A stretch of 64,000 nucleotides of DNA from Candidatus Omnitrophota bacterium (GCA_043814605.1 JBDRJV010000010.1:1340-65339); one strand, 5' to 3'; positions 10,508 through 21,516 are shown, counted from the first letter of the stretch. The notes: generated by a model not told the origin, from the sequence alone. Made by a program: numbers and translations.

Positions 10508-11248
10508 ATGAAATTAGAAGGTAAGGTTGCGGTTATTACTGGTGGAGCACAAGGCATTGGTAAGCAAATTGCGATCACATTAGCTAAAGAAGGAGCAAAT
10601 TGTGTAATCTGTGATGTGAATGAGGAAGAACTGCAAAAAGCCGCAACAGAAATTCAAACTCAAGGAGTAAAGTGTTTACCAGTAGTTTTAAATGTAACAA
10701 ATTTATCTCAATGCGAGCAAATGGTAAACAAAATTATTGACAAATTCAAAAAAATAGATATACTAATCAATAATGCAGGGATAACCCGAGACGGGTTATT
10801 TATTCGAATGCGTGAAGAAGACTGGGATTCAGTCATTGCTGTTAATTTGAAAGGGACTTTTAACTGCACCAAAGCTACCGTTAAAGTAATGCTTAAACAA
10901 AGAGCGGGAAGCATAGTTAATGTCGCTTCAATCATTGGACTTATGGGTAATATGGGTCAGGCTAATTATGCCGCATCTAAGGCTGGAATAATTGGTTTGA
11001 CGAAGAGTGTAGCAAAAGAAGTAGCTTCTCGTAATATTAATGTAAATGCTATTGCTCCTGGGTTTATTGAAACAAAAATGACTCAAGTTTTATCCGAAGA
11101 TGTAAAAACAGCAATGCTAAAACAGATTCCGTTGAATAGGTTTGGAAATTCAGAAGATGTAGCAAAATTAGTGTTATTTTTAGTCAGTGATGACGCAAGC
11201 TATATCACAGGCCAGGTAATTCAAATAGATGGCGGGATGTTGATGTAG
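10508..11248 (+). CDS. fabG: 3-oxoacyl-ACP reductase
   Basis: TGG..GIG, NNAGITRD, YAASK motifs. Confidence 0.96.
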   Translation: MKLEGKVAVITGGAQGIGKQIAITLAKEGANCVICDVNEEELQKAATEIQTQGVKCLPVVLNVTNLSQCEQMVNKIIDKFKKIDILINNAGITRDGLFIRMREEDWDSVIAVNLKGTFNCTKATVKVMLKQRAGSIVNVASIIGLMGNMGQANYAASKAGIIGLTKSVAKEVASRNINVNAIAPGFIETKMTQVLSEDVKTAMLKQIPLNRFGNSEDVAKLVLFLVSDDASYITGQVIQIDGGMLM

Positions 11249-11272
11249 CATCTTGAAAGGAGGAAGTAAAAA

Positions 11273-11515
11273 ATGGCAGTTGAAGATAAAGTGAAATCAA
11301 TAATTGTTGATCAGTTAGGAGTTAAAGCAGAGGAAGTAACAGCAACAGCTTCTTTTGTGGATGATTTAGGTGCTGATTCTCTGGATACAGTAGAGTTGGT
11401 AATGGCGCTGGAAGAAGAGTTTGGGATTGAGATTCCAGATGAAGATGCTGAGAAAATGACTACTGTAGGCGAAGCAATTAAATATATTGACAGCAAAAGC
11501 AGCAATAAAGAATAG
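11273..11515 (+). CDS. acpP: Acyl carrier protein
   Basis: [20 protein letters not shown]. Confidence 0.98.
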   Translation: MAVEDKVKSIIVDQLGVKAEEVTATASFVDDLGADSLDTVELVMALEEEFGIEIPDEDAEKMTTVGEAIKYIDSKSSNKE

Positions 11516-11611
11516 AGAAATCAATATTAAATTATCCCGTTAAACATATATTTTAGAAAAAGAAGCCATAGAGAGGAAAACCTGGGAATTAGTTTCTCTG
11601 AATAAAATATT

Positions 11612-12850
11612 ATGAATAGAAGACGTGTAGTTGTTACAGGTGTGGGAACAGTAACACCTGTTGGTAATACAAAACAAGAATTTTGGAATGCTCTTTGTGA
11701 AGGGAAAAATGGCGCAGGGAAAGTTAGCTATTTTGATGTCTCAGAATTTTCTTCACAAATTGATGCGGAAGTAAAAAATTTTGATCCTACCTATTGTATT
11801 AATCCCAAAGAACTCAAACGCATGGATAGATTTGTCCAATTTGCGGTATGTGCAAGCAAAATGGCGTTTGATGATTCCGGGGTTAATTTAGACAAAGAAG
11901 ATCCTACCAGAATTGGAGTCCTTATTGGTACAGGAATTGGCGGGTTGCATGTTGTGGAAGAACAGCAGGTTACTTATATGAAAAAAGGCCCAAAACGCAT
12001 ATCGCCTTTTTTAATTCCGATGCTTATTGTTAATATGGCTCCGGGACAGGTATCGATAAGCTTAGGATTAAAAGGTCCTAATTCCTGCGTAACAACTGCT
12101 TGTGCTTCCGGCGGTCATTCCATTGGCGATGCATTTATTTTAATCCAAAGGGGTGATGCGGAAATGATGCTTGCTGGCGGAACAGAAAGCTGTATTACAC
12201 CTTTAGGTTTTGGCGGTTTTTGTGCAATTAAAGCATTAACAACAAGAAATGATGATCCTTTACATGCTTGTCGTCCTTTTGATAAGGAAAGAGATGGGTT
12301 TTTAATGGCAGAAGGTTCAGGGATTGTAATGCTTGAAGAATATGAGCATGCTAAAGCCAGAGGTGCGAATATTTATGCAGAAATAGTCGGATACGGCCAA
12401 AGCGGTGATGCTTATCATATTACTGCGCCTGACCCAACAGGAGATGGGGGAGCCAGATGTATGCGGAGTGCACTTAATGATGCTAATGTTAGTATCGAAG
12501 CTGTTGATTATATTAATGCACATGGGACATCTACTCCTATGAATGATAAGGTAGAAACTTTAGCAATTAAAAAAGTTTTTCAGGAATATGCTAAAAAAGT
12601 AGCGATAAGTTCGACAAAATCTATGACCGGTCATTTACTCGGAGCTGCCGGAGGCGTAGAAGCTGCAGCATGCGTTTTAGCAATTAAATATGGGATTATT
12701 CCTCCCACAATAAACTATGAGCATCCAGACCCGGATTGCGACCTTGATTATGTGCCGAATACAGCGAGAAAACAACCCGTAAATGTTGCGATATCTAATT
12801 CGCTGGGTTTTGGTGGGCATAATGTAACTTTAGTATTTAAAAAAGCTTAA
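11612..12850 (+). CDS. fabF: Beta-ketoacyl-ACP synthase II
   Basis: [27 protein letters not shown] motifs. Confidence 0.97.
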   Translation: MNRRRVVVTGVGTVTPVGNTKQEFWNALCEGKNGAGKVSYFDVSEFSSQIDAEVKNFDPTYCINPKELKRMDRFVQFAVCASKMAFDDSGVNLDKEDPTRIGVLIGTGIGGLHVVEEQQVTYMKKGPKRISPFLIPMLIVNMAPGQVSISLGLKGPNSCVTTACASGGHSIGDAFILIQRGDAEMMLAGGTESCITPLGFGGFCAIKALTTRNDDPLHACRPFDKERDGFLMAEGSGIVMLEEYEHAKARGANIYAEIVGYGQSGDAYHITAPDPTGDGGARCMRSALNDANVSIEAVDYINAHGTSTPMNDKVETLAIKKVFQEYAKKVAISSTKSMTGHLLGAAGGVEAAACVLAIKYGIIPPTINYEHPDPDCDLDYVPNTARKQPVNVAISNSLGFGGHNVTLVFKKA

Positions 12851-12877
12851 CTATAATTATTAAAATAAATTTTAAAC

Positions 12878-12913
12878 ATTGAGGGCAACCATAAAAGTTG
12901 TCCTCAATTTTTT
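12878..12913 (+). terminator. Intrinsic terminator after fabF
   Basis: attgagggcaac / gttgtcctcaat stem followed by a T tract. Confidence 0.75.
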
Positions 12914-12926
12914 AGGAATTAGCCAA

Positions 12927-12955
12927 TTGACAGTAAATATAATTTTAGGTATAAT
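12927..12955 (+). promoter_or_regulatory. Consensus sigma70 promoter of bcd-etf operon
   Basis: TTGACA-17 nt-TATAAT. Confidence 0.8.
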
Positions 12956-13043
12956 AAATTTCTATTTTATTACTTCAAGAATCGCTTAACTCAATAAATT
13001 TATAGAGTTTAAATATTTAGTCAATTGAAAGGGGTGTCAAATT

Positions 13044-14211
13044 ATGGATTATTTGCTTACTGAGGAGCAGCTAATGGTAAGAGATCTGGCCAGAAAAATT
13101 GCTCAGGAAAAATTAAAACCTGTAGTGGCTGAATATGATCAACAGGAGAAATTTCCTTGGCCAATTATGAAACTACTTGCTGAATCTGATCTTTTTGGAG
13201 TTTATATTGATGAAAAATACGGGGGGAATGGGTGCAGGAGTTCTGGAATTATGTTTAGTTACCGAAGAACTTTCCCGTATTTGCGGTGGAGTTGCCGTAA
13301 GTTATGCGGCAAGCGCATTGGGGACTGATCCGATTATTCTTTTTGGCTCAGAAGAGCAAAAGAAAAAATATTTACCAGATTTAGCTAGCGGTAAAAAAAT
13401 TGCGGCTTTTGGTGTGACTGAACCTAATGCAGGTAGTGACGCCGGGGCAATTGAAACTACAGCGAAAAAAACCGGGGATCATTATATTTTAAACGGGACA
13501 AAGCATTTTATTACTAACGGGGGAGAAGCGGAAATATATGTAATTATCGCTATGACCGATAAAGCCAAGGGCCAACGCGGTTCTAGTGCTTTTATTGTCG
13601 AAAAAGGAACCCCTGGTTTTACATTTGGCAAAAAAGAAGAAAAATTAGGAATTCGCACTTCCACTACCAGTGAACTTATTTTTCAAGATTGTAAGGTTCC
13701 CAAGGCTAATCTATTAGGTAAAGAGGGCATGGGGTTTATAATCACCATGAAAACATTTGATTTATCTCGTCCGGGAGTTGCGGCTCAAGCATTAGGAATA
13801 GCGCAAGGATCACTGGATCTGGCTTTGGAGTATTCACGGCAGCGAGTACAGTTTGGTAAACCGATTTCTAGTTTTCAAGGAATTCAATTTATGCTTGCAG
13901 ATATGGCAACACAAATTGAAGCAGCCCGGGGGCTTGTTTATGGTGTAGCGCGAATGATTGATAGCGGCAACACAAAGGTTGCTAAGGAATCAGCCATGGC
14001 TAAATTATTTGCATCTGATGTTGCGATGAAAGTCAGTATTGATGCAGTACAAATATTTGGTGGTTATGGATATATGCGTGATTATCCAATTGAGAAATTC
14101 ATGCGTGATGCTAAAATTACCCAGATATATGAAGGCACCAACCAAATTCAGCGCAGTATTATTGCGGCGAATTTAATCAAAGAAGCTTTAGCTGCTTCAA
14201 AAAAGGTTTAA
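13044..14211 (+). CDS. Acyl-CoA (butyryl-CoA-type) dehydrogenase, split by a 1-nt frameshift in a G6 run at 13221-13226
   Basis: ORF 13044 gives the N-terminus (...DEKYGG) and ORF 13177 continues (GGMGAG...TEPNAGSD...IYEGTNQIQR); removing one G restores one ORF. Confidence 0.9.
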
Positions 14212-14217
14212 CCAATT

Positions 14218-15012
14218 ATGAATATTATTGTTTGTATAAAACAAGTCCCGGATACAACTGATGTCCGGATTAATCCAGAGACAAATACTTTAATTAGAGA
14301 TGGAGTTCAATCAATTATTAACCCTTTTGATATGTATGCAATTGAAGAAGCGTTAAGGTTAAGGGAACGTTTTAAAGGAAAAGTTACGGTAATAACTATG
14401 GGGCCGCCGCAGGCGGAATCAGCTTTAAGGGAAGCGCTTTCATTAGGGGTTGATGAGGCAGTTTTATTATCAGATCGGGCATTTGCCGGAAGTGATACTT
14501 TAGCGACTAGTTATGCTTTAGCGCGGGCAATAGAAAAATTAGGCGGTGTAGATATAATTATCTGCGGTAAACAGGCGATTGATGGTGATACAGCTCAAGT
14601 TGGCCCAGGAATTTCTGTTTGGCTGGATATTCCGCAGGTTGCTTATGTTAAAAAGATTGAGGATGTTAGAGAAGAAAAAGGCAAAAATATTTTTCGGGTG
14701 CAAAGAATGGTTGAAGAAGGGTATGAAGTCTTGGATATCCCTGTACCGTGTCTTTTTACTGTGGTTAAAGAGATTAATGAACCCCGAATGCCTTCATTAA
14801 AAGGCATGATGCGGTCTAAAAAGGCAGAGATTATTAAATGGACAGCGGAAGATATTCAAGCCCAGGAAAAAAAGATTGGCTTGGATGGTTCTCCGACTCA
14901 AGTTGTGAAGATTTTCAGCCCTCCGGCTCGGGCCGGAGGTCAAAAGCTTATGGGAGAACCGGAAGATATTGCGGAAAAATTAGCAGAGTTGTTAAAAGAT
15001 AAAATTATTTAA
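14218..15012 (+). CDS. etfB: Electron transfer flavoprotein beta subunit
   Basis: VCIKQVPDT, NPFD..AIEEA, GKQAIDGDTAQVG motifs. Confidence 0.96.
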   Translation: MNIIVCIKQVPDTTDVRINPETNTLIRDGVQSIINPFDMYAIEEALRLRERFKGKVTVITMGPPQAESALREALSLGVDEAVLLSDRAFAGSDTLATSYALARAIEKLGGVDIIICGKQAIDGDTAQVGPGISVWLDIPQVAYVKKIEDVREEKGKNIFRVQRMVEEGYEVLDIPVPCLFTVVKEINEPRMPSLKGMMRSKKAEIIKWTAEDIQAQEKKIGLDGSPTQVVKIFSPPARAGGQKLMGEPEDIAEKLAELLKDKII

Positions 15013-15045
15013 TATTTAAATTATTAAAAAAATAAAGAGAAAATT

Positions 15046-16230
15046 ATGGCAATTGAAGTTATTCAAGAAAAATGTGTTGGTTGTAAATTATGTTTAAAAT
15101 CATGCCCTTATGACGCAATTGATATAGTTAATAATGTGGCGGTAATTAATGATAAGTGTACGCTTTGCGGAGCATGTGTGGAGAGTTGTAAATTTGATGC
15201 TATTCTTTTAAGAAAACATGAAGAAGTTGAGATAAATCTTGATGAATACCAGGATGTTTGGGTTTTTGCCGAACAAAAAAAAGGGAAAATTCAGTCAGTA
15301 GTGTATGAACTCTTAGGTGAGGGTAAAAAACTTGCTCAAAAAAGGAAACAAAAATTAGCTGCGGTTTTGTTAGGAGATAAAGTTAAAGCCAGGGCAAAAG
15401 AGTTAATTGCCCGCGGTGCCGATAAAGTTTATTTACTGGAGCATCCGGCGCTTGTAAATTATCAGGCGGAAATTTATGCAAATGCATTAACAAAGATTAT
15501 TCAAGATTATAAGCCAGAAATTGTGTTAACCGGAGCCACAACCATTGGCCGTTCTGTAATTCCCCGGGTTGCGGTTGAGTTAAAAACAGGTCTTACTGCG
15601 GATTGTACGGGGTTAGATATTGATGAAGAAAGAGGGATGCTGCTGCAAACCCGTCCGGCTTTTGGCGGTAATATTATGGCCACAATTATTTGTCCCAGCC
15701 GACGGCCGCAAATGGCTACGGTAAGACATAAGGTGATGAAAGAGGCAGAAGTTGATAATAGCAATAAGGGAGAAGTTATTGAGATTGATGCGAAAAGTAT
15801 TAATTTTAAAGCCAAGGCTAGGTTTATTGACAGCATTGAAGAAATTGAGTCAACGATTAATATTGCGGAGGCAGATATAATTGTTTCCGGTGGCCGGGGA
15901 ATGGGTAATGCGGAGAATTTTAAACTACTGGAACAATTTGCAAAAACTATTGGCGCAGCTGTCGGTGCTTCACGGGCTGCTGTAGATAGCGGGTATATTC
16001 CTTATTCACATCAGGTCGGCCAAACCGGAAAAACAGTGTGTCCAAAAATTTATTTTGCCTGCGGAATTTCCGGGCAAATCCAGCATTTAGTAGGCATGCA
16101 ATCATCCGATATTATTGTTGCCATTAATAAGGATCCGGATGCGCCGATTTTTAAAGTTGCTACCTACGGCATTGTTGGCGATTTATTTACAATAATTCCA
16201 GTATTAATTAAAAAATTCCAGAAAAAATAA
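15046..16230 (+). CDS. etfA: Electron transfer flavoprotein alpha subunit with N-terminal 2x[4Fe-4S] ferredoxin domain
   Basis: Two CxxCxxCxxxC motifs, then RPAFGGN, QVGQTGKTV, GISGQIQH. Confidence 0.95.
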   Translation: MAIEVIQEKCVGCKLCLKSCPYDAIDIVNNVAVINDKCTLCGACVESCKFDAILLRKHEEVEINLDEYQDVWVFAEQKKGKIQSVVYELLGEGKKLAQKRKQKLAAVLLGDKVKARAKELIARGADKVYLLEHPALVNYQAEIYANALTKIIQDYKPEIVLTGATTIGRSVIPRVAVELKTGLTADCTGLDIDEERGMLLQTRPAFGGNIMATIICPSRRPQMATVRHKVMKEAEVDNSNKGEVIEIDAKSINFKAKARFIDSIEEIESTINIAEADIIVSGGRGMGNAENFKLLEQFAKTIGAAVGASRAAVDSGYIPYSHQVGQTGKTVCPKIYFACGISGQIQHLVGMQSSDIIVAINKDPDAPIFKVATYGIVGDLFTIIPVLIKKFQKK

Positions 16231-16368
16231 TCTGCAGATTAAAGATCCCGTAGATGCGAAACTCCGAAGAAATTCTAGAGAAGTTACTCTCTTCGGAGCA
16301 AAAGACTAAAGACCAGAAACTAAAACATACTCTTATAAGTTAATTTGTAAAAAATTATAATAATTTAC

Positions 16369-17070
16369 ATGTTCAATGGAAAAAAGCAAAAATTGCCGCA
16401 TTTCCCTATCCTGGTTATAATCGTTATTATAATCGTAATTTATATTCTAATGTATTTTCATCCGCATTATTTTACTGCCTACGATAAAAAATTAATTAAT
16501 GATTTTATCAATATTTTTTGGCTGTTTATTGGTTGTTATTTTATTGTGGATATCTTGAACAGAAAGTTAGTTTCTAGCTCTAAGGTTACGAATAAAATCC
16601 CGCAAAATTTTAAAAGGCACATATCCAAGGATAAAACTTTTAGTTTTTATTATCCAAAAAACTGGCAGTTGACCCGTGCTAAAGACCCTCTTTTATATAT
16701 ACAAGCTAAAGAACCGCATATTGAAAAAACAGATTTTTTAAAAAACTTTAATATTTCTTTTCAAAATATTACCGCTGCGGTTGATTTGGAGTTATTGTTT
16801 AAGATGGTTAAAGAAGGCGTATTATCTGGCTTGACAGATGCAAAATTAGAATACGAAACTATTTTTCATACAAGAAATTTATACGGAATTATTTATAAAA
16901 TTAATTACAAAAATAATAATGGATTAAAATTATGTTGCTATCAGATACCCATGACAAATAATTCTAAAACAAAAATGGTAATTCTAACTTTTACGGCTAA
17001 AGCTAAAGATTTTCCGCAAGCGAAATCTTTATTTGATACAATTGCCAACTTAATGGAAATTTCTAATTAA
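16369..17070 (+). CDS. Membrane protein with PsbP/DcrB-like soluble domain
   Basis: Two TM helices, then FSFYYPKNW ... ILTFTA......F..I pattern. Confidence 0.6.
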   Translation: MFNGKKQKLPHFPILVIIVIIIVIYILMYFHPHYFTAYDKKLINDFINIFWLFIGCYFIVDILNRKLVSSSKVTNKIPQNFKRHISKDKTFSFYYPKNWQLTRAKDPLLYIQAKEPHIEKTDFLKNFNISFQNITAAVDLELLFKMVKEGVLSGLTDAKLEYETIFHTRNLYGIIYKINYKNNNGLKLCCYQIPMTNNSKTKMVILTFTAKAKDFPQAKSLFDTIANLMEISN

Positions 17071-17324
17071 AAAAATAAAAAAAGGGAAACTTTTTGATAA
17101 AAAGAATAGCTAATCAGGCAGATTTAAAACTGCGGAGACGGTATATTAATATTGTTTAATGGTTTTTTGAATTTTCAGGTTGATATAAAGATAACCTGCT
17201 GATAGTAAAGGGGTTAATGTGCTGCTTTATAAGCCATAAGGAAGTTTTTAGTGATAATTTACTGTTTGTGTGGGTTAATGCAGAAAATTTTTTAAAATTA
17301 TTAAGTGATAAAATTTTTATACAT

Positions 17325-17422
17325 CCGCGGCCTAAAACCGCGCCCATTTATAGCGTGGATAAAAGGAGGCCGCTTGAGTATTCCACCCCAGGAACCACGG
17401 GCTTTAGCCCGTGGGGGTTCCA
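17325..17422 (+). mobile_element. Non-autonomous IS200/IS605-type end remnant (PATE/MITE-like)
   Basis: gaaCCACGGGCtttaGCCCGTGGgggttc hairpin typical of IS605/IS1341 ends, preceded by a degenerate sister hairpin; GC-rich patch in an AT-rich spacer. Confidence 0.6.
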
Positions 17423-17556
17423 TTTGTAGTTTTTGGTATTTAGTCTATAGTCTATGTATTACTATTTTATCAAATATCTTGCATATATAATTTAAATTTG
17501 TTATAATTTTTTAAAGCAAGGGAGTGCCCCTGCCAAAGTTTGTATAAGGATATAAA

Positions 17557-20500
17557 ATGTATTTTAAAAAGCTAGAACTTTATGGTTTCAAGTCTTTTGT
17601 TGAAAAAACCACGCTAATTTTTGAGCCCGGAGTAACAGCAATTGTTGGGCCTAATGGTACAGGAAAAAGTAATATTTCTGATGCCATAAAATGGGTTTTA
17701 GGTGAGCAGAGTGCAAAATCTATGCGTGGATCTAAAATGGAAGATGTTATATTTAACGGAACCGAATCCCAGCCTCCGGTTAATATGGCTGAAGTTTCCC
17801 TGACTCTTTCGAATAAAGAAAAACTCTTACCCATTGATTACGATGAAGTGATCATTACCCGCCGTCTTTACCGCTCGGGTGAAAGTGAATATTTACTGAA
17901 TAAAACTTTAGTTCGTTTAAAAGATGTCCATGAACTTTTAATGGGTACAGGAATTGGAACAGAAGCTTATTCATTACTGGAGCAGGGACGTATTGATGCA
18001 ATTTTGAGTTCAAAGCCAGAAGAAAGACGCGTTGTTTTTGAAGAAGCCAGTGGAATTACACGTTATAAAAAGAAAAAGAACGAAGCAATGCGTAAATTAG
18101 AGGCAACGGAAGAAAATCTTTTAAGAGTTAATGATATCGTTGTAGAAGTTAATCGTCAATTAGGGTCGATTCAAAGGCAAGTATCTAAAGCCCGGCGCTA
18201 TAAAGAACATTTTGAACAGTTGAAAACATTAGATACACAATATGCATATTGCGAATATAAAATTTTAGGAACGGAAAAAAATTCATTTCAAGAAAAAGAA
18301 AATAATTATCACCGCGAGCAAACAAATTTAGAAAATTATCTTAATGAATTAACCCAGTCATTTTCTCGCGTAAAAGAAACTCTTTCCCTGGTTGAGCAAG
18401 ATTACAACCAGCTAAACAATAAAGTAATTAGTGCCAGCACTCAAATCGAAAAAAATTCTGACAGGATAAACCTGAATAAGGAACGGATTGATGAATTTAC
18501 ACAACGGGTAAGCAGTTTAGGCCTGGACATTGAAAATGCTAATAAAAAAATCCGTGAATTAACACAGCAATTATCTTTATTGCAAACTAAAATTGATCTT
18601 TTTACAGAGGAAAAAAATTCAAAAGAACACAATTTAAACTTAAAGCAGGCAACAATTTCGGAAATTGAAGGAGTAATCAAAACTACGCACCAAGTGGTGG
18701 ATGAAAATCGTTTAAGTGCCGTAAAATTACTCTCAGAACATGCACAAATTAAAAACGAATTAGCAAAACTTTCCGCGAATATTCATAATGCACAGTCACG
18801 ATTATTGCGTTTGAACCAAGAAAAAGAGAAAACAAATCAGGAGCTTAAAATAATCAATTCTCAGCTTCAAGAAAAAGCCAGTGAATTGGATCAGCTAAAC
18901 GGAAAAGTTGATCACGAACAATTACAGGAGAATGATTTAAAACAAGCCTATAGTCAGCTTAAAGTACAAATTAAAGATTTAAAATTAAAAATTCAGGATG
19001 ATAAACAAACATTAGTGGGGTATCAATCTCAACTTGAAGTTTTAGAAAAATTAAATAAGGAGTATGAAGGTTTTTCAACGGCGGTAAAAACTTTAATGCG
19101 GAATAAAAAAGAAAACCCTGAAATTTTTAACGGGGTGCATGATGTTCTAGTTAATTTAATTGATGTAAACCCCGGTTTTGAATTAGCCGCAGAAACCGCA
19201 TTGGCAGAATATTTGCAGGCTGTTGTTGTCGATAATAAAGAAACTATAAATAGATTATATAATTTTATTTCAAATCAGAAATTAGGCCGTGTTAAATTTT
19301 TAATGCTTGATTCAATCGAAGATTGCCATTGCCAAGGGAATCAACAATCTGAAAAACAAGGGTTTAAAAAAATCAGCCAGACAATTAGCTGCCAGGATAA
19401 ATATAAAAAATTAATTAATTTTCTACTTAAAAACACATATTTAATCCCCGGGGAGAAAACTTCGGAATCTCAATTTTCTCAAGAAATTATTCCCGATACT
19501 GTTAGCGGTCCGCAGATTTCCGATGCGGGTATTGTTTTTTCCTGCGCGGCGGGGAATGCAAAAACAGTGGAAATAATCGGCGAATTTAATAATTGGGGTG
19601 CTTCAGAACGGATTAATTTAAATTTTTATTCGGATCGGATTTGGCGCACTCATATTAAATTGAAGGAGGGAACATATCGCTATAAATTTGTTATCGATAA
19701 CCAGGCGGTAACAGATCCGAATAATCCGTATAAAGAGGCAGACCAAAATGGTAACATAAATTCCGTAATTAAAATTATAACAGCTAATGTGAGTGGGGAA
19801 AAACAGGATTTGAATTTATGGGGCAAAGTTCAAACTAATGATCGGATTGTAAATATTAATGGAGAACTTTATTCTTCTGTTGAGTTTATTACTTCTTGTC
19901 TGACAGAGCAGGGGATTGGTTTAATTTCGCAAAAAGCCCGGATGCGGCAGTTAAAAATTGAATGTCAAAATCTGGAAAATGCAATAATTAGGGAAAAGCA
20001 GATAGACTCAGAAAAAGAGCAGCAAATGTTTAATCTGGAAACACAATTAAACCAATTGCATGAGCTGCTGCAGGAGGAGAAAATTGTTTTAGCAAATATA
20101 AATTCTGAAAAAGCTAATATTGAATCAACCAGAAAAAAACTTGATGATGAACTAGCCGTAATTGATATTGAGATAGATGAAACAATTCTTGATGAGAAAG
20201 AGTTAATAGAAAAAGAGTCTCAGAAGAAAGAAAGGCTTAAGGAAATTGATAAAGCAGCCGCCTTAAATGAACACGAAATGGCACGCGGACAAGAATTAAT
20301 CGCGATTAAAACTCAGGAAAGAGAAGAGCTTTTGATTATTATCTCTAAAATGAAAACTGAGTTTTCTCTTTTAAGCGAGCAGGAAGAAACATTAAATGCT
20401 AATTTTTCTATGTTGAAACAATCTCAAGCAGAACAGCAAAATAATGTTAATGAGTATTTAACATTAACTGAGGAACTGAAATTCAAGACAGAGGATTGTA

Positions 20501-21516
20501 CCCGTCAGGTGATTGAACTTGAAGCAAACCTGCAAGCCTTAGAACAAGAAAAAAAACAGACGGAAACAGCATTAAATCAAATATCAGAAAAAAGAGCTTC
20601 ACTGCTGCAGGAATTTGAAGAGACTCAAAATCAAATAAAACAAAAAGAAAATGAACTTAATATAACTAAAAACAATATACGAGATTTAGATGTTAAAAAG
20701 GTAGAATTAAATTATAAAATTGAGTATTTGGTAAATAGAATTAAGCAAGCTTATAAAGTAGATATGGAAAATTTCAATGATTCTGAAATAAAAATTGAGG
20801 AAGATATTGATTGGGATAAACAAAAAGAACAGATTGATATTTTAAAGAGTAAAATTGATCATATCGGTACAGTTAATTTGGCAGCAGTTGAGGAAGAAGA
20901 AGAGTTAAGAGAAAGAGTAGAATTTTTGACAAGTCAGAAAGACGATTTATTAAATGCTAAACAATCATTAATGCAGGCAATTCAAAAGATAAACCGGCAA
21001 ACAAAAAGCTTATTTTTGGAGACATTTGAAAAGAGTAAAGTTACTTTTAAAGAATATTTCAAACTTTTATTTAGCGGGGGAGATGCACAGCTGCATTTAA
21101 CGGAAGGCAAAGATGTTTTAGAAAGCGGCATAGAAATTATTGTCCGGCCTCCGGGGAAAAGGCTGCAGAATATTAGTTTGCTCTCAGGCGGAGAGAAAAC
21201 GCTTACGGCAATTGCATTATTATTTGCAATTTTTAAAATTAAGCCAACTCCTTTCTGTGTTTTAGATGAGATGGATGCGCCTTTAGATGAATCAAATATT
21301 GATAGATTTACACGAGTTTTACAGGAATTCTTAACAAGTTCTCAATTTATTATTATTACTCATAACAAGAAGACGATTGCTATGGCTGATGTTATGTATG
21401 GAGTAACTATGCAGCAGCCTGGGGTTTCGAAACTTGTATCCGTTAAATTTAGTGAGTATAAAGAAAATCAGCAGCTTGAACATGTTCACGAAATTAAAGA
21501 GGCGGCACTTACCTAA
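17557..21516 (+). CDS. smc: Chromosome segregation protein SMC, with an inserted CBM48/AMPK-like domain
   Basis: GFKSF, GPNGTGKSN Walker A, coiled coils, hinge, LSGGE signature, LDEMDAPLD Walker B. Confidence 0.96.
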   Translation: MYFKKLELYGFKSFVEKTTLIFEPGVTAIVGPNGTGKSNISDAIKWVLGEQSAKSMRGSKMEDVIFNGTESQPPVNMAEVSLTLSNKEKLLPIDYDEVIITRRLYRSGESEYLLNKTLVRLKDVHELLMGTGIGTEAYSLLEQGRIDAILSSKPEERRVVFEEASGITRYKKKKNEAMRKLEATEENLLRVNDIVVEVNRQLGSIQRQVSKARRYKEHFEQLKTLDTQYAYCEYKILGTEKNSFQEKENNYHREQTNLENYLNELTQSFSRVKETLSLVEQDYNQLNNKVISASTQIEKNSDRINLNKERIDEFTQRVSSLGLDIENANKKIRELTQQLSLLQTKIDLFTEEKNSKEHNLNLKQATISEIEGVIKTTHQVVDENRLSAVKLLSEHAQIKNELAKLSANIHNAQSRLLRLNQEKEKTNQELKIINSQLQEKASELDQLNGKVDHEQLQENDLKQAYSQLKVQIKDLKLKIQDDKQTLVGYQSQLEVLEKLNKEYEGFSTAVKTLMRNKKENPEIFNGVHDVLVNLIDVNPGFELAAETALAEYLQAVVVDNKETINRLYNFISNQKLGRVKFLMLDSIEDCHCQGNQQSEKQGFKKISQTISCQDKYKKLINFLLKNTYLIPGEKTSESQFSQEIIPDTVSGPQISDAGIVFSCAAGNAKTVEIIGEFNNWGASERINLNFYSDRIWRTHIKLKEGTYRYKFVIDNQAVTDPNNPYKEADQNGNINSVIKIITANVSGEKQDLNLWGKVQTNDRIVNINGELYSSVEFITSCLTEQGIGLISQKARMRQLKIECQNLENAIIREKQIDSEKEQQMFNLETQLNQLHELLQEEKIVLANINSEKANIESTRKKLDDELAVIDIEIDETILDEKELIEKESQKKERLKEIDKAAALNEHEMARGQELIAIKTQEREELLIIISKMKTEFSLLSEQEETLNANFSMLKQSQAEQQNNVNEYLTLTEELKFKTEDCTRQVIELEANLQALEQEKKQTETALNQISEKRASLLQEFEETQNQIKQKENELNITKNNIRDLDVKKVELNYKIEYLVNRIKQAYKVDMENFNDSEIKIEEDIDWDKQKEQIDILKSKIDHIGTVNLAAVEEEEELRERVEFLTSQKDDLLNAKQSLMQAIQKINRQTKSLFLETFEKSKVTFKEYFKLLFSGGDAQLHLTEGKDVLESGIEIIVRPPGKRLQNISLLSGGEKTLTAIALLFAIFKIKPTPFCVLDEMDAPLDESNIDRFTRVLQEFLTSSQFIIITHNKKTIAMADVMYGVTMQQPGVSKLVSVKFSEYKENQQLEHVHEIKEAALT

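Noticed and set aside
17156-17490. Three short ORFs upstream of smc
   Set aside because: Mutually overlapping, no recognisable motifs, and they span the IS-end remnant.
19501-19779. Intein as the explanation for the SMC insertion
   Set aside because: No Cys/Ser start with His-Asn end or other splicing motifs; the sequence fits a CBM48-like domain.
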